Shown: positions 25,829 to 38,837, numbered from the stretch's first letter. The stretch: 64,000 nucleotides of DNA from Malacoraja senta (GCA_038087875.1 CM075988.1:23252001-23316000), one strand, 5' to 3'. Made by a program: numbers and translations. The notes: a model not told the origin generated them from the sequence alone.

Positions 25829-26525
25829 GGGTCGATGGTTGAAAGGGTCAAGAGCTTCAAATTCCTGGGCGTGCACATCTCTGAACATCTCTCCTGGTCC
25901 GAGAACACTGATGCAATTATTAAGAAAGCACATCAGCGCCTCTACTTCCTGAGAAGATTACGGAGAGTCAGTTTGTCAAGGAGGACTCTCTCTAACTTCT
26001 ACAGGTGCACAGTAGAGAGCATGCTGACCGGTTGCATCGTGGCTTGGTTCGGCAACTTGAGCGCCCTAGAGCGGAAAAGACTACAAAAAGTAGTAAACAC
26101 TGCCCAGTCCATCATCGGCTCTGACCTCCCTTCCATCGAGGGGATCTATCGCAGTCGCTGCCTCAAAAAGGCTGGCAGCATCATCAAGGACCCACACCAT
26201 CCTGGCCACACACTCATCTCCCTACTACCTTCAGGTAGAAGGTACAGGAGCCTGAAGACTGCAACAACCAGGTTCAGGAATAGCTACTTCCCACAGCCAT
26301 CAGGCTATTAAACTTGGCTCGGACAAAACTTTGAACATTAATAGCCCATTGTCTGTTTATTTGCACTTGATCAGTTTATTTATTCATGTGTGTATATATT
26401 TATATAATGATATATGGACACACTGATCTGTTCTGTATTCATGCCAACTATATTCTGTTGTGCTGAAGCAAAGCAAAGAATTTCATTGTCCTATCAGGGA
26501 CACATGACAATAAACTCACTTGAAT
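25829..26525 (+). mobile_element. 5'-truncated Rex1/Babar-type LINE
   Basis: Same peptide as 292-796 with a 1-bp frameshift near the end; same 3' UTR. Confidence 0.85.
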
Positions 26526-27028
26526 CGTGAAATCTTGGCACTCCATTAAGTTGAGGGCTTCTTTTTGTAAGGTGTCCAAGTCCAAACAAAATTCTCACCC
26601 AGCAATGGGCAGGTGTGGAGGAAGAACCAACATGGAGAGACAGAGGTGAGCACTGCTATTGCATCCCAATCTCCAATCGTCTCTGATTTCTTAGGAAATG
26701 TTGAAGACATTTATAATTTATTTGTCAGGAAAAGGTGTCTTAATGAGCCGTTGTGAAGTCAGTGCTAAAAAAGGGATAGATTTCTTCAACTCAACAGACC
26801 TCCTCCTGATATAATTATTTCTTCCTGCTAAACCACCTCATAGAATAGAGTTCAGACTCTCGAGTCAATCGGGAGAATTAAAGAGAGAGGCAATGGGAAG
26901 CTCAGACTTGGCCCCCATGGACTGAAGATTCTCAGCTGACCTTGGCGTACTTCACTTAACGCATTTATGCTATTTTATCATCTCTGCTTGCCAGATTCGC
27001 AAGCAACACTAAAATGATGGATAAGTTA

Positions 27029-27683
27029 AGCCCCTGTCCCACTTACGTGTCCTTGGCACGCTGATTACGCGACCTCGTGGTCCCGTTGAGGCACGACGGT
27101 CCAGCGAAGGTCGCGCGCGACTTCATGCGCCCGCACAGCCGTCTGGAGCGCGTGACGTCATTTGAAGATGGACACAAAATGCTGGAGTAACTCAGCGGGA
27201 CCAGCGGCATCTCTGGAGAAAAGGAATGGGTGATGTTTCAGTCTGAAGAAGGGTCTTGACCCGAAACATCACCCATTGCTTCTCTCCAGAGATGCTGCCG
27301 GTCCCGCTGAGTTACTCCTGCATTTTGTGTCTATCTTCAATTTTCTTGGCCCCGCTCTGGGAGTAGAAGTGGGGGCGGATCCGGACCGCAACGGCCGTGA
27401 GCCCCAGGCCGAGCTCGGCGATCGTTTGCCTGCTTCTGCTGCTGTTGGAGGTGAGACCTTGCTTCGCGCCAGGGTCTTGGGCCTGTCCCACTTTGGCCGT
27501 CAGTTACGCGACAGGCCATTGGCGCGCGAAGATTTTGTTCGCTACAAAAATGTCAGAGCCCCGCGCGATGCCGCACACAACTACATACCCCTCCGCGCTT
27601 TTCAGTGGGACCGGCCCCGCGCGGCCACACGATGCCCGTGCACCTCAATGCGACCACGAGGTCGCGTAATTTGAGACAGGCCT
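27029..27683. mobile_element. Harbinger-like MITE containing a fold-back PLE unit (27163-27340)
   Basis: Left end TTA-AGCCCCTGTCCCAC, subterminal IR ATTACGCGACCTCGTGGTC / GACCACGAGGTCGCGTAAT, right end GACAGGCCT-TAA. Confidence 0.7.
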
Positions 27684-28247
27684 TAAGACACAAAAAGCTG
27701 GAGTAACTCAGCGGGTCAGGCAGCATCCCTGGAGAAAAGGAATAGCTGGCGTTTCGGATCGAGACCCTTCTTCAGACCCAATGTGTGGGTCTGTTTGCCT
27801 TCAGTGCTGAAGGGTCACTGAAGCCACACAGAGGCATTTTACATGACCCAGTACAATCAAATCTCATGCCGCAAGAAATCTGAACGCAACTAATTGATCA
27901 AGTCAATGCGTCAGATCATTATGGTCAAAACATGCTTCAAAGCATGTTAGATAAACAGCGTATTGTCCACATACAGTGGACACTGTGCTAGCTGGCCTGC
28001 ATTATCTTGTGGCCCAGCAATGCTGCAATCCTCTTTATCTGTACTCAAAACACCTCCATGACTTGGCCCCTTCGCCCTCTGTCTATTACACTCAGACCAA
28101 GAGCCCTCAGAGATCTCTGTGGTTTTACAAACCTGGGTCCCTTGCAGATTTTCATCATCATAACATTGATGGTCAGGCCTGCAGTTTCCACGTCTGGAGA
28201 GCGGAAATTCTATTTTTTTCGAAACTCTCCACTTCTCTTTTGTCCTT

Positions 28248-28885
28248 TAGAAACATAGAAAATAGGTGTAGGAGTAGGCCATTTGGTCCTTCGAGTCAAG
28301 AGACAATAGACAATAGGTGCAGGAGTAGGCCATTCGGCCCTTCGATCCTGCACCACCTCTCATGGCTGATCATCCCCAATCAGTACCCCGTTCCTGCCTT
28401 CTCCCCATATCCCCTGACTCCGCTATTTTTAAGAGCCCTATCTAGCTCTCTCTTGAAAGCATCCAGAGAACCTGCCTCCACCGCCCTCTGAGGCAGAGAA
28501 TTCCACAGACTCACCACTCTCTGTGAAAAAAAGTGTTTCCTCGCCTCCGTTCTAAATGGCTTACTCCTTATTCTTAAACTGTGGCTCCTGGTTCTGGACT
28601 CCCCCAACATCGGGAGCATGTTTCCTGCCTCTAACGTGTCCAAGCCCTTAACAATCTTATATGTTTCAATGAGATTCCCTCTCATCCTTCTAAACTCCAG
28701 AGTGTACAAGCCCAGCTGCTCCATTATCTCAGCATATGACAGTCCCGCCATCCCGGGAACTAACCTTGTAAACCTACGCTGCACTCCCTCAATAGCAAGA
28801 ATGTCCATCCTCAAATTAGGGGACCAAAACTGCACACAATACTCCAGGTGTGGTCTCACTAGGGCTCTGTACAACTGCAGAAGGA
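28248..28885 (-). mobile_element. CR1 LINE 3' portion
   Basis: ORF 28380-28874(-) YRALVRPHLEYCVQFWSP...GYGEKAGTGY. Confidence 0.95.
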
Positions 28886-30284
28886 CTCAGAACTGCAGAA
28901 GGAGTCAGCTTTCGATGATTATCCGTGATAATTATAACACTTCAGCCTATTTGTATCAAATTTGATTTGATGAAGCACCTCGGGATGTTTTTTAACTACC
29001 TAAGGCGCTCTTTAAATATGAATTACTAATACTGTACTTGAACTCCACTCTGAGCAGAGGAAACAATGGACAACTATAGCACAGTTCCCATTTGATAGCG
29101 ATCACCCCCTGCTGTAAATGTATACATTGTCAGCTATGTGTTTGGGGCTGCATCAAAACTAATGCAAATACTTTTGGTTATGTTCCGCTTCACGAGAAAG
29201 AAGTTCAAACTCATTTGTTTTTAAACGTAAACACATATAATTTCTGGACACATGCATTCTGAAAAGTTTTAATGACTGGGGTCAACTAAAGGATGAAATG
29301 GGAAGATGCTGTGTGGATTAACCTGTTGTTAGTAGGCATGCACCAGGTGTCCATCAGCAACCGTGGCTATGTGGACAGCCAGTGGCTTGGTTGGAATTAG
29401 GAAGCCCAATGTTGGGGACATCTGATCACGATGAAACCACCCTCCTCATTCAAGTGAGTAACGGAAGTAAAGAGCAGCACAGTCGCTGTCTCACCGCGCC
29501 AGAGACCTGGGTTCAATCCTGACTACGGGTGCTGTCTGTATGGATGTTTGCACGTTCTCCCTGTGACCGCGTGGGTTTTCTCCGGGTGCTCCGGTTTCCT
29601 CCCACACTCCAAAGTGTTTGTAGGTTAATGGGATTTGGTAAAATTGTAAATTATCCCTAGTGGGTAGGATACTGCTGGTGTAGGGGCGATTGCTGGTTGG
29701 CGTGGACTCAGTGGGCCAAAGAGCCTGTTTCTGTGCTGTTTCTCAAAACATATATATTTCAGTCTGGAGAAGGGTCTCGACCCGAAATGTCGCCAATTCC
29801 TTCTCTCCATAGATGTTGCCTCACCCGCTGAGTTTCTCCAGCATTTTTTGTCTACCTTCGATTTTTCCAGCATCTGCAGTTCTTTCTGAAACATATATAT
29901 TTCTAAGTTGCAATCCTATGTGAGTTTATATTTCTGCAGTCTGAAGGACCCAACCCAAAACATCACCTGATCATGTTCTCCAGAGATGCTGCCTGAACCG
30001 CTGAGTTACTCCAGCACTTTGTATCGTTTTTTGTAAACCAGCATCTGCATTTCCATGCTTCTACAGTCAATAGACAATAGACAATAGGTGCAGGAGTAGG
30101 CCATTTGGCCCTTCAAGCCAGCACCGCCATTCAATGTGATCATGGCTGATCATCCCCAATCAGTACCCCGTTCCTGCCTTCTTCCCATATCCCCTGACTC
30201 CGCTATTTGTAAGAGCCCTATCCAGCTCTCTCTTGAAAGCATCCAGAGAACCTCCCTCCACCGCCCTCTGAGGCAGAGAATTCC

Positions 30285-30484
30285 NNNNNNNNNNNNNNNN
30301 NNNNNNNNNNNNNNNNNNNNNNNNNNNNNNNNNNNNNNNNNNNNNNNNNNNNNNNNNNNNNNNNNNNNNNNNNNNNNNNNNNNNNNNNNNNNNNNNNNNN
30401 NNNNNNNNNNNNNNNNNNNNNNNNNNNNNNNNNNNNNNNNNNNNNNNNNNNNNNNNNNNNNNNNNNNNNNNNNNNNNNNNNNNN
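30285..30484. other. Assembly gap (200 N)
   Basis: Run of N; truncates a CR1 3' end on its left. Confidence 1.
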
Positions 30485-30625
30485 GAACTGCAATTGACCA
30501 TAATTGATTGATCATTCATGGAAGACTCCTACAGAAAATGCCAACTAGTCCTGTGTGCTCCTGTTTAAATAGGCCCGTCTGCCTCAGGCTCAGGCACAGA
30601 TGGAACTTGTCATACATTGGTATGT

Positions 30626-31291
30626 TTTAGTTTAGAGATACAGCACGGAAACAGGCCCTTCGGGCCCACTGAGTCTGTGTTAACCAGCGATCCCCGCACA
30701 TTAACACTATCCTACAGACACTAGGGACAATTTACAATTCTAACTGAAGCCAATCCACCTTCCAATCTGTACGCCTTTGAGATGTGGGGAGGAAACCGAA
30801 GCTCCTGGAGCAAACCCACGCAGATCATGGGGAGAACGTACAAACTCCGTACAGACAGCACCTGTAGTCAGGATCAAACCCCATTCTGTGGCGCTGTGAG
30901 GCAGCAAATCTACCACTGCTCCACTGGACGACTTCTAGTTCTTTCTTTCTTTCTTTTCCTTGTTCAGTTTAGTTTAGAGATACCGCGCGGAAACAGGCCC
31001 TTCGGCCCAACCGTGTCCGCGCCGACCAGAGATCACCCCCGTACACTAGCACCCCACACACTCACACTATCCTACACACTAGGGACAAATTTTACAATTA
31101 TACAGAGTCAATTAACCGTCAAGCCCGTACGTCTTTGGAGTGTGGGAGAAAACCAGATATCCCGTAGAAAACCCACGCAGGTCACGGGGAGAACGTACAA
31201 ACTCCGTACAGACAGCACCCGTATTCAGGATCGAACACGGGTCTCTGGCGCTGTGAGGCAGCAACTCTACCGCTGCGCCACCGTGCCGCCC
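30626..31291 (-). mobile_element. Two tandem HE1-like SINEs
   Basis: (TTTAG)n tails at 30626 and 30967; reverse-complement A box CCGCTGCGCCACCGTGCC at ~31270. Confidence 0.88.
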
Positions 31292-32304
31292 TTTTTGTTG
31301 TCTATTGTGGGTTTTATAGAGTATTATGTTTATATATTCTGTTGTGCTGCAGCAATTAGAATTTAATTGTTCCACCAGGACATATAACAATGACACACTC
31401 TTGACTCTTGACTCCCCCACTCACAGCTCTAGTTTGCCCACACCTTCACCCCTTCATTCTTGATATTCTCACAGAGAGTGGTGAGTCTGTGGAATTCTCT
31501 GCCTCAGAGGGCGGTGGAGGCAGGTTCTCTGGATGCTTTCAAGAGAGACCTAGATAGGGCTCTTAAAGATAGCGGAGTCAGGGGATATGGGGAGAAGGCA
31601 GGAACGGGGTACTGATTGGGGATGATCAGCCATGATCACATTGAATGTGGGTGCTGGCTTGAAGGGCCGAATGGCCTACTCCTGCACCTATTGTCTATTG
31701 TCTATTGATATCTTCTCCCATTTTACTTCAACGCTGTGCTGTAGTTTAGTTTGTTAAATGGAACTAACAGTCTCCCTTGCCTCCCCTGCCTCTACACTGG
31801 TGTCAGCCAGTCACTGTAGCACTCGCTTATTTAACGTTAGTTGATGGATGAAGCCTAGCTGCAGTCTCTGACACTTTCCTAAGTCGGAGCTGGCAGCCAG
31901 CCATGGGGCCTGCTGAAGAGGGCTTGGGGCTAGCTGTAAACATAACCTGCTTATCCTCACACTGCACACAGCCTGGTTTATTGAAGGCTCCGCTGTGTTT
32001 ATTGCAAGTCTGCCACTTCCACGGCTTTCGAGACTGGAATATGTATTGCAAGGGTACTCTGCTCTTTACATCTCCTGTAACATTCTCCCTGCAGACTAGC
32101 TGTCTGCTAACGTATTACTTCCACCTTCTACTCTCGCCTCAATAGGACTATTATTTTTGTGCGATGCATGAAAAGAGGTACAGTAGACAGTTAGACCTCC
32201 TGAAAGAGCAAACCATCTCTCCTCAATCGATCCGAAACGTCACCTATTCCTTGTCTCCAGAGATGGTGCCTGTCCGCTGACTAGTTCCTCCAGCATTTTA
32301 AGGG

Positions 32305-32668
32305 CGTTGTTAAGGGCTTGGACACACTAAAGGCAGGAAACATGTTCCCGATGTTGGGGGAGTCCAGAACCAGGGGCCACAGTTTAAGAATAAGGAGTAA
32401 GCCATTTAGAACGGAGACGAGGAAACACTTTTTCTCACAGAGAGTGGTGAGTCTGTGGAATTCTCTGCCTCAGAGGGCGGTGGAGGCAGGTTCTCTGGAT
32501 GCTTTCAAGAGAGAGCTAGATAGGGCTCTTAAAGATAGCGGAGTCAGGGGATATGGGGAGAAGGCAGGAACGGGGTACTGATTGTGGATGATCAGCCATG
32601 ATCACATTGAATGGCAGTGCTGGCTCAAAGGGCCAAATGGCCTTCTCCTGCACCTATTGTCTATTGTC
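32305..32668 (+). mobile_element. CR1 LINE 3' end
   Basis: ORF 32318-32581 ...RVVSLWNSLPQRAVEAGSLDAFKRELD...GTGY. Confidence 0.9.
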
Positions 32669-32946
32669 ATTTTGTGTCTATCATCGGTTTTAAACCAGCA
32701 AATGCAGTTCTTTCCTACACATTTTGTCTGCAGTTCCTTCCTACCCACCCACTCTACAACTGGAATCGCTGGTTTCTATTCCAGGACAATTGGTTCTCGA
32801 AGCAGGATGGAGTCCGTTCTGAATATTCTGTTTTCAGAGTCAAAGCGATAACTCTGCAAGACTGAAGACTCTCAGAGAGGCCACAAAACCAGATCTGATC
32901 TAAAAACAAACATTTAAAGTATTTTAAGAACAGTACAATTCTTTAG

Positions 32947-33132
32947 GTAAACAAAGTGCTGGAGAAACTCAGCGGGTACAGCAGCATCTATGGAGCGAAG
33001 GAAATAGGCAATGTTTCGGGCCGAAACGTTGCCTATTTCCTTCGCTCCATAGATGCTGCTGCACCCGCTGAGTTTCTCCAGCACTTTTGTCTACCTTCGA
33101 TTTTCCAGCATCTGCAGTTCCTTCTTAAACAA
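32947..33132. mobile_element. Fold-back PLE terminal unit with 15-bp TSD
   Basis: Arms meet at GTTTCGGGCCGAAAC; AGTACAATTCTTTAG at 32932-32946 and 33133-33147. Confidence 0.85.
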
Positions 33133-33699
33133 AGTACAATTCTTTAGACTTTAGACTTGAGAGATGCAGTGCGGAAACAAGCTCTTCGGCCCATCAAGTC
33201 CGCACTGACCACCGATCACCCCGTTATACGAGCACTATTCTACACACCAGGGACAAGTTACAATTTACAGAAGCCAATTAACCTACAAACCTGAAGATAG
33301 ACACAAAAAAGCTGGAGTAACTCAGCGGGTCAGGCAGCATCTCTGGAGAAAAGGAATATGGTGACGTTTTGGGTCGAGACCCTTCTTCAGAAGAAACATC
33401 ACCTTGTCTCCAGAGATGCTGCCTGACCCGCTGAGTTACTCCAGTTTTAGTGTCTATCTTCGGTTTAAACCAGCATTTGCAGTTCCTTCCTACACATTTA
33501 ACCTACAAGTTCCTTCCTACACATTTAACCTCTCTGGACTGGAGTGTAGGAGGAAATCAGAGCACCTGGAGAAAACCCACGCGGTCACAGGGAGAACGTA
33601 CAAACTCCGTACGGACAGCACCCGAAGTTAAGATCGAACGTGGCTCTCTGGCGCTGTAAAGGCAGCAACTCTGCCGTTGTGCCACCATGCCCTCCCTTA

Positions 33700-33972
33700 C
33701 AGCCCCAAATTTAATCTTCAACCAACATCACTAAATGTGGTATATAAATAGAAGACTGGGTTTGTGAACTAAAGAAGGGATAATCTTACTGATAGTAGAC
33801 AGATTTTCCAGTGATTACCACTTGATTCATTGTGAGACGCGCTGTGTGTGAATCGGCTGCAGTGTTTGCTTTGGAACAGCTTCAACGACACTTCAAAGAG
33901 CAGTTAATTGATCGCAAAGCCCTTTGGAACATCCTGAGAAAATAAGACGTGCAATATTAATACAGGTCTTTT
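33700..33972 (+). mobile_element. Ancient DeuSINE-like relic (SacSINE1/AmnSINE1-type)
   Basis: TCAACCAACATCACTAAA ... GCTGTGTGTGAATCGGCTGC ... ACACTTCAAA ... AAAGCCCTTTGGAACATCCTGAG resemble the recalled Deu domain and 3' tail. Confidence 0.55.
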
Positions 33973-34094
33973 ATTAGCTTTGGTTAAGGATACTTTTTGA
34001 ATATTTTCAAGTGGCATCACTGCGGCTTGCAATGTGATACCATTTAATCCCAGGCTCTCCTCTCCCCTCTCAGCCAGTTCCAAGGGTTCAAGAC

Positions 34095-34402
34095 GACAGC
34101 GTGGTGGTGCAGCAGAGTAGAGTGGAGGTCCAGGTTCCATCCCGACTACGGGTGCTGTCTGTACGGAGATTGTATGTTCTCCCCATGACCACGTGGATTT
34201 TCTCCGAGATCTTCAGTTTCCTCCCACACTCCAAAGACGTGCAGGTTTGTAGGTGAATAGGCTTGGTGTATGTGTAAATTGTCCCTATGGTGTGTAGGAT
34301 AGTGTTAATGCGCTGGGATTGCTGCTTGGGGCGGGCTCGGTGGGCCAAAGGGCCTGTTTCCGCACTGTATTTCTAACCTAAACTAAACTAAACTAAACTA
34401 AA
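34095..34402 (+). mobile_element. HE1-like SINE
   Basis: Degenerate A/B boxes, SINE body, (CTAAA)n tail. Confidence 0.85.
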
Positions 34403-34834
34403 AAAGATGACTTACTTCCACTCCAGTTCGATCAATTGAGGTAGGCACAAAAAGCTGGAGTAACTCCGCGGGTCAGGCAACATCTCTGGAGAAAAGGAAT
34501 GGGTGACGTTTCTGGTCGGAACCCTTCTTCAGGTGGAATCTGAATTCTTCTGAGTCCCGATCTGAAACGTCGCCTATTCCTTTTCTCCACAGATGCTGCC
34601 CTGACCCGTTGAGTTACTCCAGTGTTTTGCGCCTATCTTCGTCCATGGATTGTGAAATGGCTGATGAAGTTTACGTGGGATGCCCACAAGTCTGAAATAT
34701 ATGCAGCAGAAAATCACGCAAGGAGTCACGCAATTACTGAAGAGGGAAAACGAGCCTTTTGGGTCCACTGAATCCACACTAAGCATCAAGCACCCATTCA
34801 CACTAATCCCACACTAATATTTTCTTCCTCTGAA

Positions 34835-34998
34835 AGGGCCTGTCCCACTTACGCAAATTTTTTTCGGCGACATGCCGGCACCCGTCATAGTCGCAGCAGG
34901 TGGCCGAAAATTTTCAACATGTTGAAAATCCAGCGGCGACCCGAAAAAGGTACAACTCTTTGGGCGACTACCTCACGACCATACAGGCTTCACCCCGT
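34835..34998. mobile_element. Partial Harbinger-like MITE (left end only)
   Basis: AGGGCCTGTCCCACTTACG terminus and the internal palindrome ATTTTCAACATGTTGAAAAT shared with other copies. Confidence 0.6.
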
Positions 34999-35109
34999 GT
35001 TTATTTCTACACCTCATGTTTTTTAGGTGGTGTAGCGGGTTCAGGGGTCTTGTCCCTGGTCACCTGGAGATGAGTGTGTGTTTAGTCTCGATTGTCCAGA
35101 TGAGGACAT

Positions 35110-35830
35110 TAGAAACAGAGAAACATAGAAAATAGGTGCAGGAGGAGGCCATTCGGCCCTTTAGAGCCAGCACCACCATTCATTGTGATCATGGCTGATC
35201 GTCCCCAATCAATAACCCATGCTGCCTTCCTCTCCCCATATCCCTTGATTCCACTAGCCCCTAGAGCTCTATCTAACTCTCTCTTAAATCCATCCAGTGA
35301 CTTGGCCTCCACTGCCCTCTGTGGCAGGGAATTCCACAAATTCACAACTCTCTGGGTGAAATTTTTTTCTCACCTCAGTCTTAAATGGCCTCCCTTTATT
35401 CTAAGGCTATGACCCCTGGTTCTGGACTCGCCCAACATTAGGAACATTTTTTCTGCATCTAGCTTGTCCAGTCCTTTTATAATTTTATATGTTTCTATAA
35501 GATTCCCCCTCATCCTTGTAAACTCCAGTGAATACAAGCCTAGTCTTTTCAATCTTTCCTCAATCTCGTGAACCTACGCTGCACTGCCTCAATCACAAGG
35601 ATGTCCTTCCTCAATTAGGAGACCAACACTGTACACAATACTCCAGATGTGGTCTTACAACTGCAGAAGAACCTCTTTACTCCTATACTGAAATCCTCTT
35701 GTTATGAAGGCCAACATTCCATTAGCTTTCTTCACTGCCTGCTGTATCTGCACGCCAACTTTCAGTGACCGGTATCCAAGGACACCAGGTCTCGCTGCAC
35801 CTCCCCCTTACCTAACCTAACCCTATTGAG
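35110..35830 (-). mobile_element. Degraded CR1 LINE 3' portion
   Basis: Minus-strand fragments RLGLYSLEF.RMRG.LIETYKI and NLWNSLPQRAVEA. Confidence 0.9.
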
Positions 35831-36094
35831 ACATTGACCTGGGAGAGGAGGGGAAGGAGAAATGGCTTCACTTTATCCTGCCAATCAATTTGGAGAATTT
35901 CGCAGAGATAATATAGATGATACTTCATTAATGTCTTGAGATCCCTGTTGTAAAGTTCCAATATAGGAATGGTACTCTCACAGCCCTGGGATGAGAGCAT
36001 TGGTCTTAATGCGTATTGCTACAGCCAGTTCTAGATCACCTGCCTGGTCTGGTCGACACAAAATGCTGGAGTAACTCAGCGGGTCAGGCAGCAT

Positions 36095-38498
36095 CACCAG
36101 GGCCAGATAGGCTGCATCCCAGAGTACTTAAGGAAGTAGCTCCAGAAATAGTGGATGCATTAGTGATAATTTTTCAAAACTCTTTAGATTCTGGAGTAGT
36201 TCCTGAGGATTGGAGGGTAGCAAACGTAACCCCACTTTTTAAGAAGGGATGGAGAGAGAAAACGGGGAATTACAGACCAGTTAGTCTAACATCGGTAGTG
36301 GGGAAACTGCTAGAGTCAGTTATTAAAGATGGGATAGCAGCACATTTGGAAAGTGGTGAAATCATTGGACAAAGTCAGCATGGATTTACGAAAGGTAAAT
36401 CGTGTCTGTCGAATCTTATAGAATTTTTCAAGGATGTAACTAGTAGAGTGGATAGGGGAGAACCAGTGGATGTGTTGTATCTGGACTTTCAGAAGGCTTT
36501 CGACAAGGTACCACATAAGAGATTAGGATACAAACTTAAATCACACGGTATTGGGGGTTCAGTATTGATGTGGATAGAGAACTGGCTGCAAACAGGAAGC
36601 AAAGAGTAGGAGTAAACGGGTCCCTTTTCACAATGGCAGGCAGTGACTAGTGGGGTACCGCAAGGCTCAGTGCTGGGACCTCAGCTATTTACAATTTATA
36701 TTAATGATCTGGACGAGGGAATTGAAAGCAACATCTCCAAGTTTGCGGATGACACTAAGCTGGGGGGGCAGTGTTAGCTGTGAGGAGGATGCTAGGAGAC
36801 TGCAAGGTGACTTGGATAGGCTGGGTGAGTGGGCAAATGTTTGGCAGATGCAGTATAATGTGGATAAATGTGAGGTTATCCACTTTGGTGGCAAAAACGG
36901 GAAGGCAGACTATTATCTAAATGGTGGCCGATTAGGAAATGGGGAGATGCAGGAGACCTGGGTGTCATGGTACACCAGTCATTGAAAGTAGGCATGCAGG
37001 TGCAGCAGGCAGTGAAGAAAGCGAATGGTATGTTGGCCTTCAATAGCAAGAGGATTTGAGTATAGGAGCAGGGAGGTTCTACTGCAGTTGTACAGGGGTC
37101 TTGGTGAGACCACACCTGGAGTATTGCGTACAGTTTTGGTCTCCAAATCTGAGGAAGGACATTATAGCCATAGAGGGAGTGCAGGGAAGGTTCACCAGAC
37201 TGATTCCTGGGATGTCAGGACTTTCATATGAAGAAAGACTGGATAGACTTGGCTTATAAATGTGAGGTTATCCACTTTGGTAGCAAAAACGGGAAGGCAG
37301 ACTATTATCTAAATGGTGGCCGATTAGGAAATGGGGAGATGCAGCGAGACCTGGGTGTCATGGTACACCAGTCATTGAAAGTAGGCATGCAGGTGCAGCA
37401 GGCAGTGAAGAAAGCGAATGGTATGTTGGCCTTCATAGCAAGAGGATTTGAGTATAGGAGCAGTGAGGTTCTACTGCAGTTGTACAGGGTCTTGGTGAGA
37501 CCACACCTGGAGTATTGCGTACAGTTTTGGTCTCCAAATCTGAGGAAGGACATTATAGCCATAGAGGGAGTGCAGAGAAGGTTCACCAGACTGATTCCTG
37601 GGATGTCAGGACTTTTCATATGAAGAAAGACTGGATAGACTTGGCTTATACTCGCTAGAAATTTAGGAGATTGAGAGGGGATCTTATAGAAACGTACAAG
37701 ATTCTTATGGGGTTGGACAGGCTAGATGCAGGAAGATTGTTCCCGATGTTGGGGAAGTCCAGGACAAGGGGTCACAGCTTAAGGATAGAGGGAAAATCCT
37801 TTAAGACCGAGATGAGGAAAAACTTTTTCACACAGAGAGTGGTGAATCTCTGGAACTCTCTGCCACAGAGGGTAGTTGAGGCCAGTTCATTGGCTATATT
37901 TAAGAGGGAATTAGATGTGGCCCTTGTGGCTAAAGGGATCAGGGGGTATGGAGAGAAGGCAGGTACGGGATACTGAGTTGGATGATCAGCCAATGATCGT
38001 ATTGAATGGCGGTGCAGGCTCGAAGGGCCGAATGGCCTACTCCTGCACCTAATTTCTATGTATCTATGTATCTATGTATACTCGCTAGAATTTAGGAGAT
38101 TGAGAGGGGATCTTATAGAACGTACAAAATTCTTATGGGGTTGGACAGGCTAGATGCAGGAAGATTGTTCCCGATGTTGGGGAAGTCCAGGACAAGGGGT
38201 CACAGCTTAAGGATAAGGGGGAAGTCCTTTAAGACCGAGATGAGGAAAAACTTTTTCACACAGAGAGTGGTGAATCTCTGGAACTCTCTGCCACAGTGGG
38301 TAGTTGAGGCCAGTTCATTGGCTATATTTAAGAGGGAGTTAGATGTGGCCCTTGTGGCTAAAGGGATCAGGGGGTATGGAGAGAAGGCAGGTACGGGATA
38401 CTGAGTTGGATGATCAGCCATGATCATATTGAATGGCGGTGCAGGCTCGAAGGGCCGAATGGCCTACTCCTGCACCTATTTTCTATGTATCTATGTAT
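36095..38498 (+). mobile_element. CR1 LINE RT region with two internal tandem restarts, inserted in a PLE terminus
   Basis: [60 protein letters not shown]; restarts at ~37256 and ~38077; several 1-bp frameshifts. Confidence 0.95.
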
Positions 38499-38499
38499 C

Positions 38500-38837
38500 T
38501 CTGGAGAAAAGGAATAGGTGATGTTTCGAGTCGATATCCTTCTTTCTCCAGAGATGCTGTCTGACCCCGCTGAGTTACTCCAGCATTTTGTGTCACTCTT
38601 TGGTTTGAACCAGCATCTGCAGTTCATTCCTGTACATTTCGTCTGATACCTTTCCTTTCCTTTCTGTAGGTGAGCCCTTGGCAGGGGACAGACAGTTTGC
38701 GTTAGGCTGATGAGGTTTCGGAGAGACGCCAGGAGAATGGAACCTGCTCCAGGATGCTTATGAACCTGAGTCCATTGACAACCATAAAATGAGGCTGAGC
38801 GTAAAATGAGTGTGAAAACGCACACCTCCAGATTCAG
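38500..38837 (+). repeat. Dispersed duplicate of ~48865-49194 (PLE unit + ~200 bp flank)
   Basis: ACATTTCGTCTGATACCTTTCC...GCACACCTCCAGATTCAG present at both sites. Confidence 0.9.

Noticed and set aside
30136..30519. ORFs spanning X residues
   Set aside because: Artefact of the N gap
38706..38730. CTGATGAG in the duplicated flank
   Set aside because: No following stem II + GAAA; the paralogous copy differs right after it
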